Shown here piece after piece: positions 28,323-37,397 of a stretch of 64,000 bases of DNA (position 1 is its first letter; every line of letters starts with the position of its first letter). Origin of the DNA: Candidatus Anderseniibacteriota bacterium. GTDB taxonomy: Bacteria; Patescibacteriota; JAUYIX01. The notes below the pieces were generated by a model, which was given only the letters and a program-made list of their open reading frames with translations, searched no databases and was not told the origin of the DNA. The translations under genes and the position numbers were made by a program. The stretch covers positions 217,420 to 281,419 of the forward strand of contig JAXLZM010000001.1 in assembly GCA_046350855.1 (NCBI GenBank). Direction: 5' to 3'.

Positions 28323-29033
28323 CTAGCGTGTAAAACGAGGCAGTGCACGTACGGCCTCTAGTTCTTCCGGCGTGCCTACGGAATACCACTCGTGGGCCCG
28401 CACGGCGGTGATTTTTTGCGGGCCGCCTTGGTTGGCCGGCAGATGTGCGAGCTGTGCCATAGTTTGCGGCAGTCCGGCCTCGCCTTTAGGAGTCAGCCGA
28501 GGTGGCAGCGCAAAGTAGCGCTCGTCTAGAGTATAGACCGCGCAGTTAACGAGATAGGGCGGCTTGGGAGTGCCATCACCGGCTTCTCGGATGGCGGCAA
28601 CGTAGCCGTCTGTATTGAGCTCGATACTGCCAAAGCGCTTGGGATCACTCACCTCTTTAACCAAAATCGCGTAGGGATGCTTGACCATCTCCTGCAAGTC
28701 ACGCGCATCGTACAGATCATCCCCCATTAAGACCAAAAACGTGCCTGGTCGCAGTCCAACTTTGGCGGCGACAAGAGCCGCGCCTGTTCCACCTAGTTTT
28801 TCCTGGTGAACATACGTGACCGGCCTGCCGTTGTAGTTAGTGCCGATGGCCGCAACGATTTGCTCGGATAAGTAGCCGACCACGATCACAATGCGATCGA
28901 TCTCAGGCGGAAGTGCGTCGAGCGTGTGTGTAAGGATCGACTTACCCCCGACCGCAAGCAGCGGCTTAGGGGTTTTGAGCGTCAAAGGCCGCAGCCGCGT
29001 GCCCAGTCCCGCTGCTAAAATGACCGCGTCCAC
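28323..29033 (-). CDS. Sugar-phosphate nucleotidyltransferase
   Basis: GTG start, then DAVILAAGLGTRLRPLTLKTPKPLL...LGGTG...MGDD. The longer 5' part in the track overlaps efp and is spurious. Confidence 0.88.
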   Translation of the reverse strand: MDAVILAAGLGTRLRPLTLKTPKPLLAVGGKSILTHTLDALPPEIDRIVIVVGYLSEQIVAAIGTNYNGRPVTYVHQEKLGGTGAALVAAKVGLRPGTFLVLMGDDLYDARDLQEMVKHPYAILVKEVSDPKRFGSIELNTDGYVAAIREAGDGTPKPPYLVNCAVYTLDERYFALPPRLTPKGEAGLPQTMAQLAHLPANQGGPQKITAVRAHEWYSVGTPEELEAVRALPRFTR

Positions 29034-29049
29034 AAAAGTCGAGCTGTAA

Positions 29050-29613
29050 TTAGGCCTGTCCGGCGCGCTCGCTGTACTTGCCGGTCTCGGTGTTAACTCG
29101 GATCGTGTCGCCCACTTTAATAAACAGCGGCACGTTAACCGTAAGCCCGTTCTCGAGGGTGACTTCTTTAGTGCCGCCGGTGGCGGTATCACCCTTGGTA
29201 CCAGGCGGCGCCTCAGTGACTCTAAAGTCGACTTTGTTGGGGAGTTCAACCGTGATGGGCTTACCATCAAAGTTGAGAATCGTATTGATGTCACTCTCTT
29301 TGAGATACTTGGCGGCGCTGCCCACGACCTCCGCCGGAATCCCGAACTGCTCGTACGTTGCCTGGTCCATAAAATAATACTGCGACTCATCCTTGTAGAG
29401 ATACTGGGCCTGGCTGCGGTTGACGTCGGCGGCCTCGACCTTGTCGCCCTGCTTAAAGGTTTTTTCCAGCACACTGCCGTCTTTGAGGTTGCGCAATTTG
29501 GTACGCATGACCGGGCGGCGCTGGGCCGTCTTCATAAAATCCGATTTGAGCACCACGTAGGGCGCGTCATTGAGCTCGAGTACGGCTCCAACGCGGAGTT
29601 CATCGATTCGCAT
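29050..29613 (-). CDS. efp: Elongation factor P
   Basis: YLYKD...YFMD..TYEQ, PPGTKGDTATGGTK..TLENG..VNVPLFIKVGD.IRVNTETGKYSER. Confidence 0.95.
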   Translation of the reverse strand: MRIDELRVGAVLELNDAPYVVLKSDFMKTAQRRPVMRTKLRNLKDGSVLEKTFKQGDKVEAADVNRSQAQYLYKDESQYYFMDQATYEQFGIPAEVVGSAAKYLKESDINTILNFDGKPITVELPNKVDFRVTEAPPGTKGDTATGGTKEVTLENGLTVNVPLFIKVGDTIRVNTETGKYSERAGQA

Positions 29614-29736
29614 AGGACTCCGTTTTACCGCAGCTGGATGCACACGTCAACGACGGACCTGAGAGCGCGTTGACATACACCACCCTACGTGCGAGTCTGG
29701 CGCCAGCGAAATCGCACCTTTTACAAGGGAGGGCCT

Positions 29737-30117
29737 ATGCACGAGAGCATCCTTTTGGAGTTCCAAAGGATACGCGCGATCATCAAACCTAACGCCTTTA
29801 CCCTGGTCAGAGTGGAAGAAGAGCTGATCAATGACAAGGACTGGAGGGAGTTCTATCTGCACAATCCGCAACTCGAGTGCATCTACTGCGTCTGTCTTGA
29901 GTATGAACCTGTGGCAGAGACGATCGGCGTACAGGACACAATCAAGGACATCAGCTTTTGTTTTGGGATCGAAGACAACTGTATCGCACTCGAAGTGAAC
30001 GATGAGACGTGCATCGTCAATGCTACGCTCACAGCAGAATTGCGACTAATCCGCGACTTAGTCAAGATCGAAGTCAGTCGGCTTTTTCTTACCTACCCGT
30101 TTATCTATCACCGTTAG
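29737..30117 (+). CDS. Hypothetical protein
   Basis: GGAGG SD, 126 aa, followed by a terminator. Confidence 0.6.
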   Translation: MHESILLEFQRIRAIIKPNAFTLVRVEEELINDKDWREFYLHNPQLECIYCVCLEYEPVAETIGVQDTIKDISFCFGIEDNCIALEVNDETCIVNATLTAELRLIRDLVKIEVSRLFLTYPFIYHR

Positions 30118-30180
30118 ATTCGTCTGACGGTGTTTTTTTATAAAGAAAAACCGCCAGCAGGATGAACCTACCGGCGGTTC
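30109..30180. terminator. Back-to-back intrinsic terminators for two convergent genes
   Basis: + strand CACCGUUAGA-UUCG-UCUGACGGUG-U7. Minus strand AACCGCCGGUAGG/CCUGCUGGCGGUU plus U tract. Confidence 0.75.
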
Positions 30181-30205
30181 TAACCGTTGGCGGGGATACT
30201 TCTTC

Positions 30206-31126
30206 TTATTCTTTTCCGATTCGCATGAGTTGTGTGCTCAAGGACTTGAGGCGCTCTGGGCCAGTTACGGGGTTACCGTCCTCAAGACCCTGTTCCATAA
30301 ACACAGGCAGCTGTTCGAACGGATGACGACAGGAGAGGATGCCCCAGGTAATCGCCGCAACCGAATCCGTATCACCGCCCATCCGCAAGATCCTGCGCAT
30401 GGCCTCCAGTAGGCTGTCGGTCTCTCGTAACAGGGTGAACACTACTCGCACTGTAGTTAGCGCAAACGGTTCGTGCACGTCGGGCACAATTGGCGTATCG
30501 AACCACCGCGCATACATGAATTCCAGTTCACCTAGATTCTGTAGCGGACAGCGCCGGTAGAAGTCGCGAAACTCCTCAAACGGTTCTTCCCGATAGAGCG
30601 CAAAGTAGGTGAGCAGAGCCACTGCCTTTGCGGAGAGAATTCCTGACGGCGTATTGTGCGTGACCTGTGCCTGGACCATCGCCGCACGCACGACATCCTG
30701 CACGCTAGCAAGCACACCACAGGGGACCGCTCGCATCGCGGCACCGTTCTTGGTCGAATGCGCCCGAACTCGCGCGAGCAACTCAGTGCCATCTTTGCAC
30801 TCCGTGAGCAACCCCTGAAAGCCACGCGCGTAGCCGTGCCGGCGGCCGCCATACTGGAACTCCTCGACATACGCATTGGCAAAGTCCAAGGTCGTCCAGG
30901 GTCCCGTCGGCAATCGGAGCAGGACCTTAGTATTGGCAATCGACATCTCTGTATCGTCGGTATACTGGCCAGCACGGTGTTGTAATCTTGGATGACGGAG
31001 ATACCGGTTAAAGCTGAGCGCCTCTCCTACTTGGTAGGTTTCGTCCGCATTGAGGTACTCGCAGGCGGCCGCGTACGCATCCGCCATGGCGATGTACAGC
31101 AAGAGCTTAGGATTTTTCCAGCTCAT
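30206..31126 (-). CDS. ADP-ribosylglycohydrolase family protein
   Basis: GQYTDDTEM, NGAAMRAVP, QVTHN, GGDTDSVAAI. Confidence 0.9.
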   Translation of the reverse strand: MSWKNPKLLLYIAMADAYAAACEYLNADETYQVGEALSFNRYLRHPRLQHRAGQYTDDTEMSIANTKVLLRLPTGPWTTLDFANAYVEEFQYGGRRHGYARGFQGLLTECKDGTELLARVRAHSTKNGAAMRAVPCGVLASVQDVVRAAMVQAQVTHNTPSGILSAKAVALLTYFALYREEPFEEFRDFYRRCPLQNLGELEFMYARWFDTPIVPDVHEPFALTTVRVVFTLLRETDSLLEAMRRILRMGGDTDSVAAITWGILSCRHPFEQLPVFMEQGLEDGNPVTGPERLKSLSTQLMRIGKE

Positions 31127-31238
31127 TTTTTTCCTTTCTAGCGTGGTAAAGAGCCTCCAAAAACTGAGTCGTTCATCCTATGCGCTTGTGAACGTTTTGT
31201 CACTTGCCCGAGCGAGGGGCAGCGCTACACTAATCCGC

Positions 31239-32243
31239 ATGTCACAACCTATCCTCGTCACCGGTTGCGCCGGTTTTATCGGTGCCAACTTCGTTAAGCA
31301 ATTCAAGACGCAATTTCCTGATCGCCGGGTCATCGGCATAGACGATTTTTCGAGTGGCCGCCGTGATGCACTCGACCCAACGATCACTTTTTACGAGGGT
31401 TCCATCTTGGATAAACAACTTCTCACCAAGATCTTCTCAACCCACACGCCGGAGTACGTGTTTCATTTTGCGGCCATGCCACGTGTCTCGCTCTCGGTCG
31501 ACTACCCCGCCGAGACAACCGCAGCCAACATTCTCGGGACCGTCCAGGTTTTTGACCAAGCCCGTAAAAACGGAACCAAGCGCGTGATTTTTTCGAGTTC
31601 GTCCAGCGTGTATGGTGGCGCCGACAAAATGCCAACGCGCGAGGACGAGAACCCGCCCAATCCACAATCACCCTATGCACTGCAAAAGTGGGCCTGCGAA
31701 CCCTTTGCCCAAATGTTTAGCAAACTGTACGGGCTCGACACGGTTTGCCTGCGCTACTTTAATGTTTTTGGTCCCGGGCAATACGGCGATGCGCCCTACT
31801 CGACCGTCATGTCGGCCTGGCTCGAGGCCCTGTATTTTCCTAAGACCGGCAAGGACGGCAAGCTTAAGAGAGCTTTTTTGGAGGGCGATGGCACCCAGTC
31901 GCGCGATTTTTGCTATGTAGAAAACGTGGTTAGCGCAAACATTTTAGCCATGCAGCATACTGAACCACTCCGCGGCGCAGTCTTTAACGTCGGCCATGGT
32001 GAACGTACCAGTCTGATTGAGGTCAAAGATCTAATCGAAAAATACACGGGTCAAAAACTCGATTTAGAACTGCGTGCTCCCCGGGTCGGCGACGTCAAAC
32101 ACACCCAGGCTGATATCTCCAAGGCCACCAAAATCCTCGGCTACAAACCACTCGTCAACTTTGAAGAGGGACTCAAGCGAACGGTTGCGTGGTTCAACCA
32201 ACGCAAAGCACGCAGCAAGTCCAAAGCGGAACTAGCCGTTTAG
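31239..32243 (+). CDS. NAD-dependent nucleotide-sugar epimerase/dehydratase (SDR)
   Basis: ILVTGCAGFIG, SSSSVYG, YALQK, LRYFNVFGP, GDGTQSRDF. Confidence 0.92.
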   Translation: MSQPILVTGCAGFIGANFVKQFKTQFPDRRVIGIDDFSSGRRDALDPTITFYEGSILDKQLLTKIFSTHTPEYVFHFAAMPRVSLSVDYPAETTAANILGTVQVFDQARKNGTKRVIFSSSSSVYGGADKMPTREDENPPNPQSPYALQKWACEPFAQMFSKLYGLDTVCLRYFNVFGPGQYGDAPYSTVMSAWLEALYFPKTGKDGKLKRAFLEGDGTQSRDFCYVENVVSANILAMQHTEPLRGAVFNVGHGERTSLIEVKDLIEKYTGQKLDLELRAPRVGDVKHTQADISKATKILGYKPLVNFEEGLKRTVAWFNQRKARSKSKAELAV

Positions 32244-32272
32244 GACTTTGCAGCTGAACGGGCATAAAGTTG

Positions 32273-32632
32273 TTATTTGACAGCCGCCTCGGCTTCGAGT
32301 TGCAAGTCTGATCTTAAAACCTCAGTGATCACCTGATCTTTAGTAAAGTCAAAAAATCTGACTGGTTTATTGAGGCTCGTCGCTAGATTGATCTCGACCA
32401 GGACTCCATCGCTGATTTGCCCAAAAACCCAGAGTTCATCGCAGCGACGGACAAGGGTATTGTTGCCATCCCGCACAGCATCTCGTTCAACACTGTCTAA
32501 TAAAAAGTAATCAAAAATCATAAATGGATTGAGCGGCACTGCGCCATGTTGGATCACAAATCGACTCACGAACATACGCATATAGAAACGCTTTTTTGAA
32601 AGCGCTGTATAGACAAGACGTCGTTCAGCCAT
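32273..32632 (-). CDS. Nucleoside 2-deoxyribosyltransferase-like / DUF4406-like protein
   Basis: PLNP...RCDELWVFG.ISDGVLVEI..A....KPV. Confidence 0.6.
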   Translation of the reverse strand: MAERRLVYTALSKKRFYMRMFVSRFVIQHGAVPLNPFMIFDYFLLDSVERDAVRDGNNTLVRRCDELWVFGQISDGVLVEINLATSLNKPVRFFDFTKDQVITEVLRSDLQLEAEAAVK

Positions 32633-32635
32633 TGA

Positions 32636-33157
32636 CTAGTTGTTGCCAACAAACTCTTGGCCGGGCTTCCACTCAACCGGACAGAGCTTGCCCGATTGCA
32701 AAGCCTGTACCACGCGTAGGGTCTCCCCGACCGAGCGACCCGCATCGTTAAACGAGACGAGTTGGTACTTAAGCACGCCCTCCGGATCGATCACAAAGGT
32801 ACCGCGCAGCGCCGTGCCCTCCTCCTCAATCAAAACATCATACGCACGTGCGACCTCTTTTTTGATGTCCGATAACAACGGGAAGTTGAGCGTGATGCCC
32901 ATATCTTTCTCCCAAGCTTTGTGTGAGTGCACCGAGTCGATGCTAATCCCAAAGAGCTGCGTTTTGATTTTGGCAAACTCGGGTGCGGCATTGTTAAAGC
33001 CTTTGATCTCGGTCGGGCAAATAAAGGTAAAGTCGAGCGGATAAAAAACCAGCACGACCCACTTACCGCGATACTCCTCAAGCTTAAACTGGCTGAACTC
33101 CCCTTTGTGGTAGCCCTCGAGTTCAAAATCGGGGACCGGATGACCAACCTTGATCAT
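32636..33157 (-). CDS. ahpC: 2-Cys peroxiredoxin (AhpC/TSA)
   Basis: FYPLDFTFICPTE, RGTFVIDPEG, GRS, LCPVEWKPG. Confidence 0.93.
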   Translation of the reverse strand: MIKVGHPVPDFELEGYHKGEFSQFKLEEYRGKWVVLVFYPLDFTFICPTEIKGFNNAAPEFAKIKTQLFGISIDSVHSHKAWEKDMGITLNFPLLSDIKKEVARAYDVLIEEEGTALRGTFVIDPEGVLKYQLVSFNDAGRSVGETLRVVQALQSGKLCPVEWKPGQEFVGNN

Positions 33158-33174
33158 TGTAAGTACGTTACGTA

Positions 33175-33771
33175 TTAAAGCTTCCAGCCTTTGACCTTGT
33201 CGTGACGCTCGCCCACCACGGTCCAATCGACATTTTTGAAGAACGCCTCTAGGTAGTCTTTGCGCTTGACCCCGTAATCGATCATGTAGGCGTGCTCGTA
33301 GACGTCCATAATTAGGAGCGGCACGCTGGCCCAGATCGCACCTTTGTCGTGGGCGTCCTGCGAGTAGAGATGCAATTGGCCGTCGTACATCGAGTAAGCC
33401 AAAACAACCCAACCACGTGCCGCGAGCCCCGCCGCTTTAAAGGTCTTAACAAATCCGTCCCACGATCCCCACGCACTCTCGACGGCTTTTTTGAGCGGGG
33501 CCTCCGGCGCTTTGCCACCCTTTACTAAGTTGGCAAAGTACCACTCGTGCAAGGTGATGCCGTTAGTGGCAAAAGCTTGCTGGCGGAGCAGTTCCCCCAG
33601 CTCAGAGTACGTCGCGTTAGTGCCCTCGAGACTAGCCTTGGGCAGGGTCTCCTCGATCTCACCAAGTTTTTTGACGTAGCCGGTGTAGAGCACGTCGTGG
33701 TGCTGCGCGAGTTGGTCGGCGCTGATACCGTCGAGCTCTGTGTATGGGAGTGGTTGTGGTGTACGTTGCAT
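33175..33771 (-). CDS. sod: Fe/Mn superoxide dismutase
   Basis: HHDVLY, LHEWYF, GWVVL, MDVYEHAYMIDY. Confidence 0.92.
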   Translation of the reverse strand: MQRTPQPLPYTELDGISADQLAQHHDVLYTGYVKKLGEIEETLPKASLEGTNATYSELGELLRQQAFATNGITLHEWYFANLVKGGKAPEAPLKKAVESAWGSWDGFVKTFKAAGLAARGWVVLAYSMYDGQLHLYSQDAHDKGAIWASVPLLIMDVYEHAYMIDYGVKRKDYLEAFFKNVDWTVVGERHDKVKGWKL

Positions 33772-33777
33772 AGTCGT

Positions 33778-35367
33778 CTATCGTACCACGGCGCCGTCGA
33801 CGCTCGCGTAGCGACCCAAGCCGCGACTTCCAGCACCCGCCGCCCGTGGGCCCTTGGGGTTACGCTTGAGATAGTCGATCAAGAGACGCACCCCAAAACC
33901 GGTTCCGCCGGCTGGTTGATAGCCCGAGCTACGGGTGCGCATGGAGGTCCCGGCAATGTCTAAAAAGGCCATAGGAACCTCGCCACAAAAAGATTCCAAA
34001 AAGGCCCCGGCCTGAATCGTATCGCCATACATCCGTTTGCCGGGCGCGACGTTAACCAAATCGGCCTTGCTGGATTTATTTTGCTGGCGATAAAAATCAA
34101 CCAGCGGGAGCGGCCAGGTCCATTCAGCGGTCCGAACACTGGCGGCGTAGAGTTGTTCGGCCAGCTGATCGTGGTTACTGACCAGGCCAGCATAGTGCTC
34201 GCCAAAGGTGACGAGCGTGACCCCACTCAAAGTCGCCACATCAATAATGGCACTCGGGTGAACATTCTTTACTGCGTAGGCGTTGGCATCGGCCAAAATC
34301 AGGCGGCCCTCCGCGTCGGTGTTGCCAATCTCGACGGTCTGACCGTTGTAGGCTTTGAGAACGGAACCGGGCTTGTAGGCGTTGCCTCCAATGGCGTTCT
34401 CGGCCACCGGCACGACCGCGACCAGATTAGTCTTAAGTTTGAGTTGGGCCGCCAGCTTGAGCACGGTCAAAACGGTTGCAGCCCCGGACATGTCGAGATG
34501 CATCTCGGTCAGCATCCCATGGGTCGGCTTGAGATTGACACCACCCGTGTCAAAGGTAATGCCCTTGCCGATAAGCGCTAGACGCTCGTTACTGGCACGA
34601 TTACCCTGATACTCTAAGACGATCAATTTGGGTGGCCAGTTGCTAGCACGTCCGACGGCATGCAATAAATTGAGGCCAAGTTTTTTGAGCTGCGGTGCTT
34701 CTAAAACAGTACAGCGTAATTTGTACTCCCGTGCGAGAGCTTGGGCATGTTTGGCCAAAGTCGCCGGGGTAACCTCATCGGAGTTGTCGTTTTGCAAATC
34801 GCGCGCCTCGTTGACGGCAGCTGCGATGAGTTGTTTTTCTTGAAAAGCCGCGCTGATCGATTTGGAGATGGTCAGGGGTACCAGATGCAGACGCTTGGTC
34901 GAGAACTTACTTTGCACGTGCTTGTAGCGATCAAATTCATAGCCACCCAGGAGCACCCCCTCGACTAGGCCGCCGACCAGATCAGCCGGCGTTGCAACAG
35001 CTGGGAGTTTTTCTGGCCACGTTAAAGCGGCCTCATCGATCCGGAGTTTTTCGAGCAGGTGCAAGCTAGTCGCCGCCGCAACTCGAGCACGCTCCAAGGA
35101 AAAATCTTTGCGCACTCCTAGACCAATCAAAATCAAAATGCGGTTTTGCTGGGCCGGACAGTAGAGTGCGTCACTTGTAGCAGCGCTAAACCCCCGCTTT
35201 TTTAAAAAGCCGGGGAGGTCCGCGATGCTCGGTTGCGCCACAGCAAATGCGGCCTTGGGTAGCCCCAGCTGGGGACGCGCAAGATCATCGGTAAAAACGA
35301 GGGCCACCAGGCCATCCACCGAGGTCGTTTTTTTGAGCGGTGTCAGTGTGAGTTGCGGGATCTGCAT
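33778..35367 (-). CDS. pepA: Leucyl aminopeptidase (M17)
   Basis: GKGITFDTGG, DMSGAA, NTDAEGRLILAD, ATLSG, LDIAG. Confidence 0.93.
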   Translation of the reverse strand: MQIPQLTLTPLKKTTSVDGLVALVFTDDLARPQLGLPKAAFAVAQPSIADLPGFLKKRGFSAATSDALYCPAQQNRILILIGLGVRKDFSLERARVAAATSLHLLEKLRIDEAALTWPEKLPAVATPADLVGGLVEGVLLGGYEFDRYKHVQSKFSTKRLHLVPLTISKSISAAFQEKQLIAAAVNEARDLQNDNSDEVTPATLAKHAQALAREYKLRCTVLEAPQLKKLGLNLLHAVGRASNWPPKLIVLEYQGNRASNERLALIGKGITFDTGGVNLKPTHGMLTEMHLDMSGAATVLTVLKLAAQLKLKTNLVAVVPVAENAIGGNAYKPGSVLKAYNGQTVEIGNTDAEGRLILADANAYAVKNVHPSAIIDVATLSGVTLVTFGEHYAGLVSNHDQLAEQLYAASVRTAEWTWPLPLVDFYRQQNKSSKADLVNVAPGKRMYGDTIQAGAFLESFCGEVPMAFLDIAGTSMRTRSSGYQPAGGTGFGVRLLIDYLKRNPKGPRAAGAGSRGLGRYASVDGAVVR

Positions 35368-35430
35368 GTCCGCTGACCATACCGCGGCCACCCTACCAAC
35401 GCAAGGCCAAAAGGTGCTAAAGCGACCGGC

Positions 35431-35994
35431 CTAAAACTGCAGAGCCTCGCTACCCTGCAAAAGCAAAATCAAAATCGTAGCAATCGATAAAAAGACGGAG
35501 ATGACGATGGCGACCGACTTACGGACTCCTGTAATCGCGTGCAAACCGAGAGCAAAGTACAGACCCGGAGTACCAAGGAGGAGCGCCACGACTAACAGGA
35601 GTCGCGTCGCCCAAAAAACAGCGTTCTCCGGAGCAAACGACATCAGAGCAAGCAGCTGCACCAAAATAGCGATAATTCCTGCAAAAGCCAGTGGGATTGC
35701 GGCCAAGCCCGACATAACTAAGATCGCATTAAAATTTGCTTTGGCTCCAGAGGATTGGGTCAGTAAATAGGCTAGCCCCGAGACGGTCAGCCAGATCGCG
35801 ATAATCCAAAAGGTAATCTCGGCAATGCTGCGCACGATCAGGACGGTGGTCAGGGCATCATGGTTGGCCAGACGTGAGAGCTGTAAACCGAGCAAGACGA
35901 TCCAAATACTTCCCACCACAAAAAGAGAATCCGTGACCAGCGCATTCTTTTTAAGCTCTCTAAATGACTGAACCGGGGTCTTGAGGAAGTTCAT
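35431..35994 (-). CDS. Yip1-like membrane protein
   Basis: Five TMs; N-terminal P..SFREL; AGGAG SD. Confidence 0.55.
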   Translation of the reverse strand: MNFLKTPVQSFRELKKNALVTDSLFVVGSIWIVLLGLQLSRLANHDALTTVLIVRSIAEITFWIIAIWLTVSGLAYLLTQSSGAKANFNAILVMSGLAAIPLAFAGIIAILVQLLALMSFAPENAVFWATRLLLVVALLLGTPGLYFALGLHAITGVRKSVAIVISVFLSIATILILLLQGSEALQF

Positions 35995-36034
35995 CTCCTT
36001 TAGGATTTAGTGTAGCACAGGCCTTTTTAAGCCA

Positions 36035-37000
36035 CTAACCCCCGTACGAACTGGTCGGAGCGGTTCCACCGGCTAGTCCTCTGTCAGAGAGCCAGCGCTC
36101 GGCATCCATACCTGCCATACAGCCCAGGCCCGCTGCCGTGATGGCTTGGCGGTAGCGGTAATCTTGTACATCACCGGCCACAAAGACCCCCTCGACCGAG
36201 GTGAGCGTATTGTTTTTGACCACGACGTAGCCTTTTTTATCGACCGTAATTTGGCCTTTTAAAAAGGGTGTGTTGGGAGCGTGGCCGATCGCGACAAACA
36301 GCCCATCCGTTGTAAACTCAGTCTCTTTTTTAGTGTTGACTTCGCGCAGACGTACGCCCGTAACGTGCTCTTTACCGAGGACCTCGGCGACCTCACTGTT
36401 CCAGATAAAACTAATCTTGGGATTTTTTTTGGCCCGTTCTTGCATGATTTTTGAGGCACGTAAACTGTCGCGACGATGCACAACCGTCACTTTGGTCGCA
36501 AACTTGGTCAAAAAGAGGGCTTCTTCCATGGCGGCATCACCCCCACCTACGACCACAACCTCTTTGCCCTTAAAAAAGAAACCATCGCAGGTAGCGCAGC
36601 TTGAGACCCCGTGGCCGATCAACGCTTGCTCACTCGGTAAGCCCAGCCACTTGGAGGAAGCCCCCGTTGCAATCACGATACTGTGGGTTTGAATTTGCTT
36701 GCCACCCGCCGTCACCACAAAGGGTTTTTTTGAGAGATCGACCGCATCGACGTTAACGTCGATGATCTCGGCGCCAAAGCGCTGGGCTTGCTCACGCATG
36801 CTCTTCATGAGATCAGGACCCAGAATCCCCTTAGGAAACCCTGGAAAGTTCTCGACCTCGCTGGTAATCATGAGTTGTCCGCCGGGGGTTGCACCCGCAC
36901 AGACCAACGGCTTGAGTTCTGCCCGCGCCGTGTAAATGGCGGCAGTCAAACCCGCCGGCCCGGAGCCGATAATAACGACCGATCTAATCCCTGGTTGCAT
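36035..37000 (-). CDS. trxB: Thioredoxin reductase
   Basis: IIGSGPAGLTAAIY, CATCDG, GGGDAAMEEA, GVFVAGDV.D..YRQA. Confidence 0.96.
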   Translation of the reverse strand: MQPGIRSVVIIGSGPAGLTAAIYTARAELKPLVCAGATPGGQLMITSEVENFPGFPKGILGPDLMKSMREQAQRFGAEIIDVNVDAVDLSKKPFVVTAGGKQIQTHSIVIATGASSKWLGLPSEQALIGHGVSSCATCDGFFFKGKEVVVVGGGDAAMEEALFLTKFATKVTVVHRRDSLRASKIMQERAKKNPKISFIWNSEVAEVLGKEHVTGVRLREVNTKKETEFTTDGLFVAIGHAPNTPFLKGQITVDKKGYVVVKNNTLTSVEGVFVAGDVQDYRYRQAITAAGLGCMAGMDAERWLSDRGLAGGTAPTSSYGG

Positions 37001-37032
37001 TGTGCCCAGAGTATACCAAAATCCCACGCAGC

Positions 37033-37070
37033 AAAACAAAAACCACCCGACTAACGAGTGGCTTTTGTTT
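37033..37070 (-). terminator. Intrinsic terminator after the histone gene
   Basis: AAACAAAAGCCACUCG-UUAGU-CGGGUGGUUUUUGUUUU. Confidence 0.7.
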
Positions 37071-37086
37071 ATACACGGGCTTTGGA

Positions 37087-37266
37087 CTAAACGTCCTGGG
37101 CCTTAACGGTCGTGCGCTTGTTACCTTTGGCGCGCTCTACTGCGCGATCCAACATCATGGAGACGTGCTTGTTCAACTCCTCCAAAAGCTCACCACTGGT
37201 CTTGCCGTCCTTGCTCTTGATGTAGGCTTTAACTTTGCTGCCGACGAGCATCATATCTGCTGCCAT
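37087..37266 (-). CDS. Bacterial histone-fold protein (Bd0055/HBb-like)
   Basis: 59 aa: MLVGSKVKAYIK...TSGELLEELNKHV..MLDRAVERAKGNKRTTVKAQDV. The RAK.N.R.TV...D ending is the histone alpha2-L2-alpha3 signature. Confidence 0.85.
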   Translation of the reverse strand: MAADMMLVGSKVKAYIKSKDGKTSGELLEELNKHVSMMLDRAVERAKGNKRTTVKAQDV

Positions 37267-37397
37267 GTAAATCACCCCCTCTCGGGTAGGTTAGTAAATT
37301 TCTGCCCGAGTATAGCACAAGGCCTTGCGACGCCAAGTGGAGGGGTTTTATGCAGTTTCCCAAAATCTATGCTATGGAGGCGGGTCCTCCGGCAGAA

